A DNA stretch of 64,000 nucleotides from Picochlorum sp. SENEW3 (taxonomy: Eukaryota), in assembly GCA_034226945.1 (NCBI GenBank), contig CP120457.1, forward strand, positions 868,001 through 932,000. The letters are read 5' to 3'. Numbering within the stretch: position 1 is the stretch's first letter; each line of letters starts with the position of its first letter. Positions 12,326-23,195 of this stretch are shown piece after piece. The notes beneath the pieces were generated by a model. That model saw only the letters and a list, made by a program, of their open reading frames with translations, was not told the DNA's origin and did no database searches. The position numbers and the translations under genes were made by a program.

Positions 12326-13244
12326 AGTATATATTTATTGAGAAAATATCTCAAGCCTAAAAAGGTCAAGTATCGGACAACTGTATTACAACAGAAATCA
12401 CTCAGATTCTCTCTTGCACAGTCAACGTCGAATACCTTGATTCATTGGACACATATGGTCATTAATTCTTCATATACTATGCTAATAAGGTTATATTGAA
12501 TATGAACAACCTTGATACAGGCCCACAATGTTGGGACGAAATCCTCCAATCGACGTCGGCCTTCCGAGATGTCAAGACCGCGCGTCATCGTCTCAATTTA
12601 ATTATTGGACGAAATCGCCAGATTTGGCTAGAAATCCTTACTTGAGGAATAATATGGCCAATTTATGGAATATTGTGAAGGTTTCTGCCGAAATTGTCCG
12701 ATAACCTACGAGTAACTTTCTGTACAACTGGGCAGGAGTGCTGCCGTGCTCACAAACCTCGCAAAGTTTCTTACACGTGCTCGTCGGTACCACACTGTGA
12801 TGGAAACTATCGATATTGTGAATTATTGTAAGACAGAAGTTTTGTACAATAACTTACTGCTTCCCTGGCTCCATGTCCAAGCCAAACTTAGGCACAGGTA
12901 GAGAAATCTGTGGCTATTGTGGCCAACTCTTACCCACATTCAACGGGGCTTTTTTGTCAGCGAAACTTTTACATGGACGTACTAGACGTCGGTGTTCAAA
13001 AAGAAGCGTTTTCGCTTGGTTCGGGGATCCTTTTGAAAGTACACAGGCTTGATAATCTCCCGTACAGGCCTAGAATCTGTAAAGTCCACCTTGGGGTGTG
13101 AATCTTGCCCTTGTGCAGTTTGGCATCATCAAATTCAATGGACTCAATCGGCCATGGCAGATTGGCCAAATCGAGCATGCATGGGTTGCATAATGGTAAA
13201 GAGATTGTTTATTACATGTCGTGACGCACTTGAAATCAAAGGCA

Positions 13245-14322
13245 TCAAAGAAGACTCATCTGATTATCCTCAATCACCTCGAGCAAATTCAGCTCCTCCT
13301 CCTCATTGGTAGCATATCGCACCCTGCACATAATATACAATACGCGACATTATAATACCATCACAAGAGCAAGCAATTCATGCCATATGAACACGCACAT
13401 TGCCATCTTACTGTCCATATCAATGGATTGAATTTCAACTAGGTACCATTTGCCATCATCTGGCCAGTACAATTCTGCTTTTCTACCACAAAGAGCCGGA
13501 GTAAGTTCGCTCGGCTGAAGAATTCTACCAGATGGGCGTGATCGAATTGGAGGCTCTTCTACTCTTCTATATTGCTCTGCATATGCAGTTGGGCCATTGA
13601 TATCTTGCCGCTTGTATACTGTGTCTCTGCTAACCCTCCCTGTGACAACTTCGTAAATGGTGGGGTGCTGGTTCACCAGCGCAAACAATTCTGCCCTACC
13701 AACATAATTAAATCGAGCTCCGAAAAAGAACAAAATAGCCATGAGCCACGAATCACTATGCACAGCACACAGAGCAAGCCAATCCTTCAGCTCCATCCCT
13801 GTACACATTCATGACCAGTTCAGCCCACATCCATCATCAGGCATTAAATATAAATAGACACGTACCATTTCTGGCAAAGTTGATGCCAAGGACTGGCTCT
13901 GGCAACTCTGTTGGAACCTCTGCTGCGGGCAGACCAACTGACCATGTACCGTCCTCGTGCCCTACACACACACAACCCCATCATCGGCATCATACTATGT
14001 ATCATACCACGTATAATTCAAAATCAAACCAATCGACGACAATACAAGCGCCAGGAAGCGGTATCGCGAATGTGGAATAGAAAGCAGTTGCAACACAAAT
14101 CGTACCATACAAACACAGGTTATCCTTCTCAGGATCGCACTTCTCATAAAATAAACTTTGTTCTACAGATCAACGTGGGTATGTTCATCAATCATCGCCT
14201 GCAAAATCAAAGACAACCCAACGGTGCCACGTACCATCGACTAAAGCCCGTATCAGCGCTTCTCGTCGTTTTAGAAATTGTTCATATATATCAGGGATAG
14301 TTTTTGGAGGATATGTCATCAT
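13245..14322 (-). CDS. Alfin-domain chromatin protein with C-terminal Tudor-like domain; exons 14322-14235, 14162-14106, 13961-13866, 13798-13399, 13323-13245
   Basis: Spliced translation [22 protein letters not shown]...[12 protein letters not shown]...[42 protein letters not shown] is the Alfin N-terminal domain; four phase-compatible GT-AG introns. Confidence 0.88.
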
Positions 14323-14631
14323 TCATAACTTTGATTTACAATCAATGGTCGAGAGGAGGTGGTATGCCTTGTGTAGACGACGACGTTGAGCTCTCAAAGT
14401 AGATATTCCGATTGCTGGGATTGTTTGATGGGACTTGTACGTAGAAAGGACAGTTGTTGTTGTTGGGATATCAAAGGAGGGTAACCCATGGTTTCTTATT
14501 CCTATTACAGTTCAATTGTCCTTATATATGTATATAAATATGGAATGATTGATGTCGATTTGATAGGATTGGCTGTCCACCACAGGTGACCGAGTTCAAA
14601 CAGTCATTGTGTATCAAACACGTCCATCGCC

Positions 14632-14859
14632 ATGGGTCTTCAGAGGCAGGTTTTGTCTTTATATAGACAAGCATTACGGGTATCAAGGGAGAAAGGTGGA
14701 GAGCCTGTTGCTCGGATAGTACGGAAGGAGTTTGAAGAGTTTAGGCATGTGGACAGGAAGAATTTCAGTCGGATTGAATACTTGCTTCGCAAAGGTAGCA
14801 AGCAATTAGAGACGTTGAAGATGAGTTCTGTGAAAAAGATTACCACGGATGCGTCTTGA
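14632..14859 (+). CDS. SDHAF1: LYR-motif protein, SDH assembly factor 1-like
   Basis: GLQRQVLSLYR...EF...DRKNFSRIEYLLRKGSKQLE. Confidence 0.8.
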   Translation: MGLQRQVLSLYRQALRVSREKGGEPVARIVRKEFEEFRHVDRKNFSRIEYLLRKGSKQLETLKMSSVKKITTDAS

Positions 14860-14880
14860 GTATGGGTGGTGTTTCTTGGT

Positions 14881-14950
14881 TGTAACCTCTTCTATTGATT
14901 TGCACATGTTTCTTAGTTACATGTAACCTCTTCTATCGATTTGCATATGT
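14881..14950. repeat. Imperfect direct repeat (29-bp unit, 41-bp period) between convergent genes
   Basis: tgtaacctcttctattgatttgcacatgt (14881-14909) vs tgtaacctcttctatcgatttgcatatgt (14922-14950). Confidence 0.85.
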
Positions 14951-14963
14951 AATGACGAGTCAA

Positions 14964-16081
14964 CTAGAACTGGGATCCAAATGCCTCTGGGGCAGCATAC
15001 TCGATTGGAGCTCCTGGTGCAGCAGCTTGAGGAGCAGCTGCTGCCTCAAATCCTACGGCTGCGTCAAATCCAGCAGCAAACCCTGTTGCAGGCTCTCCTG
15101 CTGGGTTATATCCATATGGGTCGTAGCCCTCTCCTTCTCCTGGAAGCTGAGCAGCTCCAAATCCGGCTTCAGCAGCCTCGGCAGGTTCCTGCTCGGCTTC
15201 AGCCTCCTTGACCTCTTCTGGCTCGCGGTAGAAGAACATATCAACCATCACATCCCATGGGTTTGAGGTGGATACAGTTCCTCTCATCTGAAGAATCATT
15301 CTGGTCAAGAGCCAGTACAACATACCAATGGCGTGTTTACCCTTGTTATTCGCTGGAATAGCGATATCAACACCAGCCAAATCAGAGTCGGTGTCACAAA
15401 AGGCAATGACTGGAATGTTCATGTATCCAGCCTCGCGAATGGCCTGGTGATCGGTACGAGGATCGGTGATAATCAAAAGGCGTGGCTCCTGGAATCCCTT
15501 TTGCATCTGATTTGTGAAGGATCCTGGAGTATGGCGACCGACAATGGAGTTTGCCCCGGCGTAGTGGGCAAACTTGAGCACACCACGCTGTCCATATGGA
15601 CGGGCTGAGATGGCCACGATATCCTGAGGGTTCTCAATGGCTACAATAATACGAGCAGCCATCTGAAGCTTCTCCCAAGTCTTCTCCAAGTTGAAGACGA
15701 ACACACCATCGTTGCGGCGCCTGTAGACGTAGCGCTCCATGTGCTCCGTGCAGTTCTTGGTTCCAAGATGGCACTGGGCGGCCAAAAGGTTCTGCAATCA
15801 CATACATCAAAACCACATGATATCATTAACGATAGTTGGGACCAAAAGACAACGTCTGAGCGGGAAATTTGATGTCGCCGTCAGAGGACATTTCCTCAGG
15901 GAAACGACAGCGTTGATGCCATTGACCCGATGGAAAGCTCAAGTATCTTTTCAATAACAAGTAGACTATCCAGCCACTGGTATTTGAGCGTCATCCCTTC
16001 TCAAGCTCAGTCCAGAGTCTCCTCCCTAGAGAGAAGGCAAAAGCATACCTGAATATCGTTCTCTTTCATTGTGACAGCCAT
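14964..16081 (-). CDS. RPSA: 40S ribosomal protein SA (uS2); exons 16081-16049, 15791-14964
   Basis: [29 protein letters not shown] and IPANNKG motifs; intron 16048-15792. Confidence 0.96.
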
Positions 16082-16399
16082 GTTTTTACGCTGAATAAAG
16101 TTTTAAATAGATTTATAATGCCTTGCAGCGGGTTCAATTTGGATCGATACGAACAATGAGTCCTGCGGCCGACCTTTGGTCGCAGCGGCGGTGTCGTGCT
16201 GGATGATGGACAGAGGTTCGGGACACACATGCCTCTATCCCCACATTGCTTCCATCTGGGGGTGAAAAACCACGACATGGTCATTAAATTTCTTATTATA
16301 CTTCTCATTGACTTTATCGCCTGTGCTGGGAAGGACTGACGCGAGAATACCCTTTTTCTTCTCTCGTGTCCTGCAGGTGTCCAGGGAGGTTGCGTGACC

Positions 16400-17400
16400 A
16401 TGGTCGATCATGTCGCATGGGGACTTTTATTATCCTCTCTAGCAGGTGGATCAACGACGATTGGAGGAGCGATTGGGGTGGGTTGTTGTGTTCTGAGAAT
16501 GGTTGTTTGAAATTCACAACAGACTGTTGTCTGGCCATTGTTGTAACTGGAATAAGGACTGAGTGTGATCACGGTCTTTCTGTTGTAGGTCCTGAGAAAA
16601 CCTTCTGATGATCATTTATCATTTCTTCTTGGTATAGCAATAGGTGTCATGATGCTGTTGTCAGTGGTGGAGATGTGGATCCATAATGCTATAGAGCATG
16701 GATGGGGACCAGTGACTGTCGCCGTATCCTTTGGGGCCATCCTGTATAGGGTAGTGCAGCCTCTGCTCCCTGAAGTACACCTTGATGCGGTGGATCATGA
16801 TCACAAAATAGGGGCAAAGGTGAAGAATGGGAGCAAAGAAGATGCATACACGCGTGATCCAAAGTACGGTATTTGAGTTGTCTGCATATCGCTGTGGCGT
16901 ATACTCATATATATAGTACAATACACAGGGTAAAGATGTCGCTGGCTCGATCAGGAGAGCTGCTCAGATTGGGACTGCTCATGTCTTTGACCATGACCCT
17001 GCACAATCTCCCAGAGGGATTTGCAGTTGCTTTTTCTTCATTGACAGACTTTGGTCCGACCATGGCTCTCGCAATTGCTATTCACAATATTCCTGAAGGA
17101 ATCATTGTAGCAGCACCTGTCTATGCCGCGACCGGAAGCCGTTGGAAAGCTCTTGCCATGGCTGCACTCTCTGGCATATCCGAGCCAATTGGTGCACTCA
17201 TTGCCTTGCTGTCGGTCAAACCAATCATATCAGAAAATAGTTTGCACATCATATTAGCTGTAGTAGGAGGTATTATGGGAGCTGTCTGTGTGTTTGAGCT
17301 ATGGCCCGAGGCCAAGAAATGCAATGCAGATAGGAACCTTGCCCTAGGTATTTTTGTGGGCGCTTGTATTATGGGTTCAACACTGCTCTTGGGCGTATGA
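16400..17400 (+). CDS. ZIP family metal transporter (ZupT/ZTP29-like); exons 16400-16477, 16589-16863, 16929-17400
   Basis: LHNLPEG and IHNIPEG signatures, SGISEPIG, His-containing loop; two GT-AG introns. Confidence 0.9.
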
Positions 17401-17738
17401 TCATAAGGACGAATATATTGAGAGACTGCTGCTGTACATATACTGATGATATCACAATACGATGCATGTGCGAGTGATTCTCACATTGCTAGAGGTAGCA
17501 CAACCCTCCCTCTAGACGAAGCAAGATCTTGTCCGGACCGACATGTCGCTTGAAAGCGGCGCACAGAATCAAGGCGTTGATGCCCTGCACTCAATGGGTC
17601 ATACCTAGCACAGTATCCTTCGATGCATAGTACATTTTTCTTTCTTTATATTAAAAACACGATTGATTTGATACGACAACCAATCGGCCCATTTTCTGTT
17701 CTGGAAAGAAGACCTTCCCATCAACGCAACACAGAATC

Positions 17739-19425
17739 ATGGATAGTTCTCAAGGAAAGGCGCTCCTTTCTGTAGGGGTGGATGCGATATTGGCACATCA
17801 GCCACAGCCATTGAATAAAACAAAGGTATGATTGCTCATTGTGTTGAATGCATACGTCTTTGTGGCATGCAGTCACACGGGGTTGCATTATCCACGCCGA
17901 ATGCCATTTACGATGATTCTGAGGATTGTTTCTGACACCAGTGACATCATTTCTGTAGATTATCTGTACTCTCGGCCCAGCCAGTCGTGATGTGCCCATC
18001 TTGTGTGAAATGCTTCGCTCTGGGATGAATGTGGCTCGCTTCAATTTTTCACACGGATCTCATGATTATCATCAGGAGACTTTGGATAATTTGAGAAAAG
18101 CTATGGAGGAAACTGGAATTATGGCTGCGGTGATGCTTGATACCAAGGGCCCAGAGATCAGAACTGGATTTTTGGAGGATGGAAAGCCAATTGACCTTCA
18201 GGTTGGGCAGGAAATCACCATTACGACTGACTATGAGGCGAAAGGGAACAGTAATTTGATTGCTATGAGTTACAAAAAGCTTGCTGAGGATGTGCACAAG
18301 GGATCTGTTATTCTTGTTGCAGATGGGTCCATTTCACTTGAGGTGATTTCGACCAATCCCTCTGCAGGCACTGTTCAAGCAAAGTGCTTGAACACTGCTA
18401 CTTTGGGAGAGAGAAAGAATGTGAATCTTCCAGGAGTGATCGTTGATCTTCCAACGCTTACTGAGAAGGATATTGAGGATTTGGTGAACTGGGGAGTTCC
18501 AAATGAGATTGATTTGATTGCAGCATCTTTTGTGAGGAAAGGGTCAGATCTGGACTATATTAGATCTATTTTGGGTCCAAAAGGTAGATACATCAAGATT
18601 ATCTCTAAAGTAGAGAACCACGAAGGTGTCTCTAATTTTGATGATATTTTGGACAAGTCTGATGCAATCATGGTTGCTCGTGGAGATTTGGGAATGGAAA
18701 TTCCTACTGAGAAGATCTTTTTGGCACAGAAATTGATGATCCAGAAGTGCAACTTGGCAGGAAAACCAGTCGTGACAGCTACGCAGATGCTTGAATCGAT
18801 GACAAAAAGCCCAAGGCCAACTCGTGCCGAGGCTACGGATGTTGCCAATGCTGTTCTGGATGGCACAGATTGTGTGATGCTTTCCGGAGAGACAGCTGCA
18901 GGTGCATATCCAATCCAAGCTGTCCAGGTGATGTCTAAAATCTGCCGTGAAGCCGAGGCATCGATCGATTATCACTCCTTGTTCAAAGCCATCATGAAGC
19001 GTACACCACTTCCAATGACTCCTCTCGAGTCTTTGGCATCATCAGCAGTGCGCACAGCTCACAAGGTCCAGGCATCTTTGATTGTCGTGCTTACACGCGG
19101 TGGTGCTACTGCAAGACTAGTTGCAAAATATCGCCCAACTGTTCCTATTCTCACAGTTGTAGTGCCGGTGCTGACCACAGACAATCTGACATGGCAGTGC
19201 TCCTCAGAGGCCCCTGCCCGTCAGTGTTTGATGTCCAGAGGATTAGCTCCAATCCTCGCCGAAGGATCAGCACGTGCATCAGATACTGATACAACTGATG
19301 AAATTTTGCATGCAGCCCTTCGACACGCCAGGGAAATGAAATACTGCAACGTTGAAGACACTGTCGTTGCTCTTCATAGGATTGGAAATGCGTCCGTCAT
19401 CAAACTTGTTGATATCAAGTCCTGA
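17739..19425 (+). CDS. PYK: Pyruvate kinase (cytosolic type); exons 17739-17825, 17959-19425
   Basis: KTKIICTLGP, ARFNFSHG, DTKGPEIRTG, MVARGDLG and ATQMLESM motifs. Confidence 0.97.
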
Positions 19426-19543
19426 TTTTTTTCTGTTTTTTAAATAAGGCGTTTTACATTGGGGCCAATGTAAGGCTATGTCTTATTATAGACTGGTTGA
19501 GGCGAAACAGGTTTGTCGTTGAGGGAGTAGACATGAAGAATAC

Positions 19544-19688
19544 GCATTCCGCCTCCTTTTGCGAATACTTACACGAGATCTTGTAACAGATATATACTGT
19601 ACATCATAATTCTTGCATTCCGCCTCCTTTTGCGAATACTTACACGAGATCTTGTAACAGATATATACTGTACATCATAATTCTTGCA
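19544..19688. repeat. Perfect 71-bp tandem duplication
   Basis: 19544-19614 is identical to 19615-19685, followed by gca. Confidence 0.95.
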
Positions 19689-20170
19689 GTTGTTTGATCA
19701 AACTCTCTTGTGTGCTTATGAGATTTTCCCGAGTTGCCTTGGAACTCTTGAGCTCAGAATCATGCATCTTCACCGTCTCTTCCAACTCGGCCAGAATCTG
19801 ATTCTTTGGCTTGAACAGATACCTGCAACGTAAAAGAAATGTATCACATCACACATCCCAAACTCAATGCCGTGTCACAAAGAACGCACGCTTTGCCAAC
19901 AGCCATGTATGTTGCAACATCCTCTGGCAGCTCGTCCAAATGAGCTGCGGTAAACGCAGCTCTCCGTATCTCCACCTCTAACTGCCTTTTCTGACCTTCC
20001 AACTACACACCAACATCCATGTATCAAGGTACAGCGATATCACACACACAAGACCTGCATCCTTCTTGTCAACCTACCTGCTTCAGTCGGGCACTATTTT
20101 CCTGCAACTTTCTAGACAGCTCAATAACTTCCTTACTGTCTTCGTCCCCAGATTTTAAACTAGTACTCAT
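19675..20170 (-). CDS. PFDN1: Prefoldin beta-type subunit (subunit 1-like); exons 20170-20078, 20002-19890, 19822-19675; absent from ORF track
   Basis: Spliced coiled-coil protein with HLDELPEDVATYMAVGKAYLF hairpin motif; two phase-compatible GT-AG introns. Confidence 0.8.
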
Positions 20171-20557
20171 TTTATTTCGCTGCTATCCCTCCGTTGATGC
20201 GAATATTCACGCGTGAATCCAAGTATTTCAACTTGAACAGGCCCCTATTTCAACGCAACAAAACCTGCCGATATAGATCGAATCGAACGAATCCAAGCAA
20301 CACTATTCGATCTTTGATATTGATCAAATACTGATCTAGTTTTAAAGCCGACAGGAGGAGCTTGAAATACCTGGTTTTGACCATGAGAATGGAGAGGCTG
20401 GAGGTGGCAAAGCATGCAAGTCTACATACTACGGTCAAACCATGTCTGTGATCGAATGTACTGTATGCACCTTGCGCATTCGCGTATTCTGGCGAATGAG
20501 CTCGAGTATAAGGATGCGTTGCATGCTTTGATTCTCTATAGTAGAATATGTGATAAT

Positions 20558-21018
20558 ATGAGTGCACGGCGAGGTCTTGGAGAACTGCTGACACTGACGA
20601 GTAAGCACATTGGTGCGTTTGAGGGTTCGATACTGCACAAGGTATCATCCTTGCATACAACCTCTCGTGCTATAGGTTCTACTGCGAATGTATCTGTTTG
20701 GTCAGGGGATGTTCGTCATGGGATGGGTAGGCAGGTGCAATCGCTGCGGGGTTTTGCCTCAGGTATGGGTCTGACGCTGTACGCGGCTCTGTATCACATA
20801 TGATTATCTATGCGGTGTGTATTACAGGTGGTGGAAAAGAGGTGGTTCATGGTGGTTTGAAATTGCACGCGACAGGGGGCTGGCACAAAGCTGCTGGAAC
20901 AGCCATGGCATCTGTCATGTGGTTCTGGTTTTTCTATAGGATGTATCACGACTATGAGACTTTCTTGTTTGGACATGCTCAGCATTTTGAGCATGAATTG
21001 CATGATGATCATGAATGA
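20558..21018 (+). CDS. NDUFB2: Complex I subunit NDUFB2/AGGG-like with mitochondrial presequence; intron 20763-20827
   Basis: ...RGFAS|GGG...WHKAAGTAMASVMWFWFFYRMYHD...GH; start codon choice uncertain. Confidence 0.75.
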
Positions 21019-21068
21019 TGTGTAATTAAATGATAAAAAAGAACAAACATGAAACGTAACAATAGGAA

Positions 21069-21124
21069 AAATGCCTACACATTCTGGGCTGAGAAATGCC
21101 TACACATTCTGGGCTGAGAAATGC
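21069..21124. repeat. Perfect 25-bp tandem duplication spanning the sigma-factor stop codon
   Basis: aaatgcctacacattctgggctgag twice, then aaatgc. Confidence 0.95.
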
Positions 21125-22854
21125 TGAATTCTGGATGGGCTCTTCAACTTTTTGATTGTTTTGACTTCAAGCTGACGGATTCTTTCACGTGTGAGGTCAT
21201 GTACTTGACCGACTTCCTCAAGAGTGCATTCACGTCCATCAACCAAACCATACCTCAGCCTGATGATATTTGCCTCCCTTGGCTCTAATGTGTTGAGCAC
21301 TTCATCCAGTTCGAGTTGCAACATTTTCCTTGCGGCATATACGAATGGGTCTTCGACCCCTTCGTCTACGATATACTCGTCAGTCAGATTACGCCCATCC
21401 TCTGCATCTGATGGGTTTGGAGTCTCATAACTAGTTGGAGATCTAAATGTCTTGTACAATGCAGCAAGCTTTTTGAAAGACAGTGAACTATGTGCTGCTA
21501 CTTCCTCAGCGGTTGGTGTTCTTCCAAGGGATTCGCACAGTTCTTCCTCAACCTTTCTGACGCGGGCAAGCTGCTCATGAAGATGGACAGGAAGGCGGAC
21601 AACCCGGCCCTGGTCCGAAATCGATCTTGTCACCGCTTGTCTGATCCACCAATGAGCATATGTAGAAAATTTAAATCCTTTGGATGGATCAAACTTGTCA
21701 ACGCTGCGTTTGAGCCCTTGAACACCCTCTGCCACCAGATCCTGCAAAGCCATCCCTCTTCCAACATACCTCTTTGCAATTGATACAACCAATCGCATAT
21801 TACAGGCAATCATATGCTCCCTTGCTTGTTGTCCTCTCCAGAGTTCCTGTCGAAGCATGTCGCAGTTCAATCCAACAGCTTCTGCCCACTCATTCTCATT
21901 TGGCAAGCGCTTCAATGACTTGCCTAGTTCCTTGCCTGCATTTTCCAACTCTACTCGACGCTGCACAAATCTTGCCAGTTGCTTCTCTTGATCTGCCGTC
22001 AACAACTGATGGCGGTTAATACTGTCAAGAAACTCTTCTGGGTGCGTCAATGCAAAGTCTGCCTCTGCCTCAGCCGACATCTTCTCAGGCTTGGCTTTTG
22101 TAGTCTTTGCTTCCGAAGAAACAGCTCCCCACCTCTTCAAACGAGAGCTACGAGACGACTGACCTTGAGACGCCCTTGACGACACAGTCTTGGTTGTTCT
22201 ACTTCTCCTACCCTTCACTTTAGTCTGAGACATCTCGCCAGTCGCCAGGACATTGGACTTGATACTCTCATCTTTATTTGCTGTAGCCACTGCCGTCTTT
22301 TTACCATCAGCAGCAGAATCTTCTTTATTACGTTTACTAAGATCTTTGAATTCTTTACGAGCGCTCATGAGAGCGCTCTCCAATTGCTCATCCAACATTT
22401 GCAAATCCTCTAACAGGGCGTCCACGTCCTGGAGGGCCTTGGCACTCGTCGCATCCACACCCACATCGGAGTCATCATCCTGGAGAACATACAATTTTTC
22501 CAAATGCTCCTGAACAAACACCATGCTTGTATCTCCGGAAGCAACACCACCGGCCTGAGGCCGTCTCTGTTTCCCGTTCCTAGACGTGGACGGCGGACCG
22601 ACATCGGCGATATCCGTCTGTGCTGCTTGAGGCAACCTCAGCATACTTGATTTTCTAACAGATCCTGGATTTCCATTTGGTTTTCCATCTTTCATAGCCT
22701 CAATGCCGCACTTCCTGGCACTTTTCTGTGTCCAGTGTCGCAACAAGGTGGCCTGACTCGGGAGGAGCCGACGGGTCTGCGGCAGCCCCCCTGACAGGGC
22801 ACTGCACTTGAGCAATCCCATATCAACTGACATTATTACCTTGATACTATACAA
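21100..22854 (-). CDS. RPOD: Nucleus-encoded plastid RNA polymerase sigma-70 factor
   Basis: Region 2 [12 protein letters not shown]...[22 protein letters not shown]; region 4 TLEEVG...TRERIRQLE; long transit-peptide-like N-terminus. Confidence 0.93.
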   Translation of the reverse strand: MYSIKVIMSVDMGLLKCSALSGGLPQTRRLLPSQATLLRHWTQKSARKCGIEAMKDGKPNGNPGSVRKSSMLRLPQAAQTDIADVGPPSTSRNGKQRRPQAGGVASGDTSMVFVQEHLEKLYVLQDDDSDVGVDATSAKALQDVDALLEDLQMLDEQLESALMSARKEFKDLSKRNKEDSAADGKKTAVATANKDESIKSNVLATGEMSQTKVKGRRSRTTKTVSSRASQGQSSRSSRLKRWGAVSSEAKTTKAKPEKMSAEAEADFALTHPEEFLDSINRHQLLTADQEKQLARFVQRRVELENAGKELGKSLKRLPNENEWAEAVGLNCDMLRQELWRGQQAREHMIACNMRLVVSIAKRYVGRGMALQDLVAEGVQGLKRSVDKFDPSKGFKFSTYAHWWIRQAVTRSISDQGRVVRLPVHLHEQLARVRKVEEELCESLGRTPTAEEVAAHSSLSFKKLAALYKTFRSPTSYETPNPSDAEDGRNLTDEYIVDEGVEDPFVYAARKMLQLELDEVLNTLEPREANIIRLRYGLVDGRECTLEEVGQVHDLTRERIRQLEVKTIKKLKSPSRIQHFSAQNV

Positions 22855-23195
22855 TTAACGACAATGTAATTGTTTCTAAAGGTATATGCGTCCTATCCCT
22901 TCCTGCGCTGCGAGATGCCGTGGTTCTCTACAACGATGCGGGAAATCCTGCGTGATAGTCTACACCCGTTCAAATATTTATTCAATATAATTGCAATTGC
23001 GCAATGTGAGTGGCACGGTTGTTTTAGCCGAGATTGATAGTGGTTTGTGGGCAGAGCATCCGCTCGAATGGATATGTCTATCAAACGATGGCTTTGACCG
23101 AATATCAGTGCTCCATCTATTGGCAAACACGCGTATGGTACAATGCCATCCTGATGCGCTCTCTTCAGCTCAGACAGTATTCATATATAGAAGCC

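Noticed and set aside
12560..13240. Unexplained stretch with short ORFs and a GTAAGT...TAG pair on the minus strand
   Set aside because: No reading frame gave a convincing protein and no known RNA motif was found; probably GATA promoter/5'UTR and Alfin 3'UTR
21100..22854. Bacterial contamination or recent HGT suggested by sigma-70, MenB, RbfA and DUF2256
   Set aside because: These genes carry targeting extensions and/or spliceosomal introns or sit among intron-containing genes; they are expected organelle-derived nuclear genes
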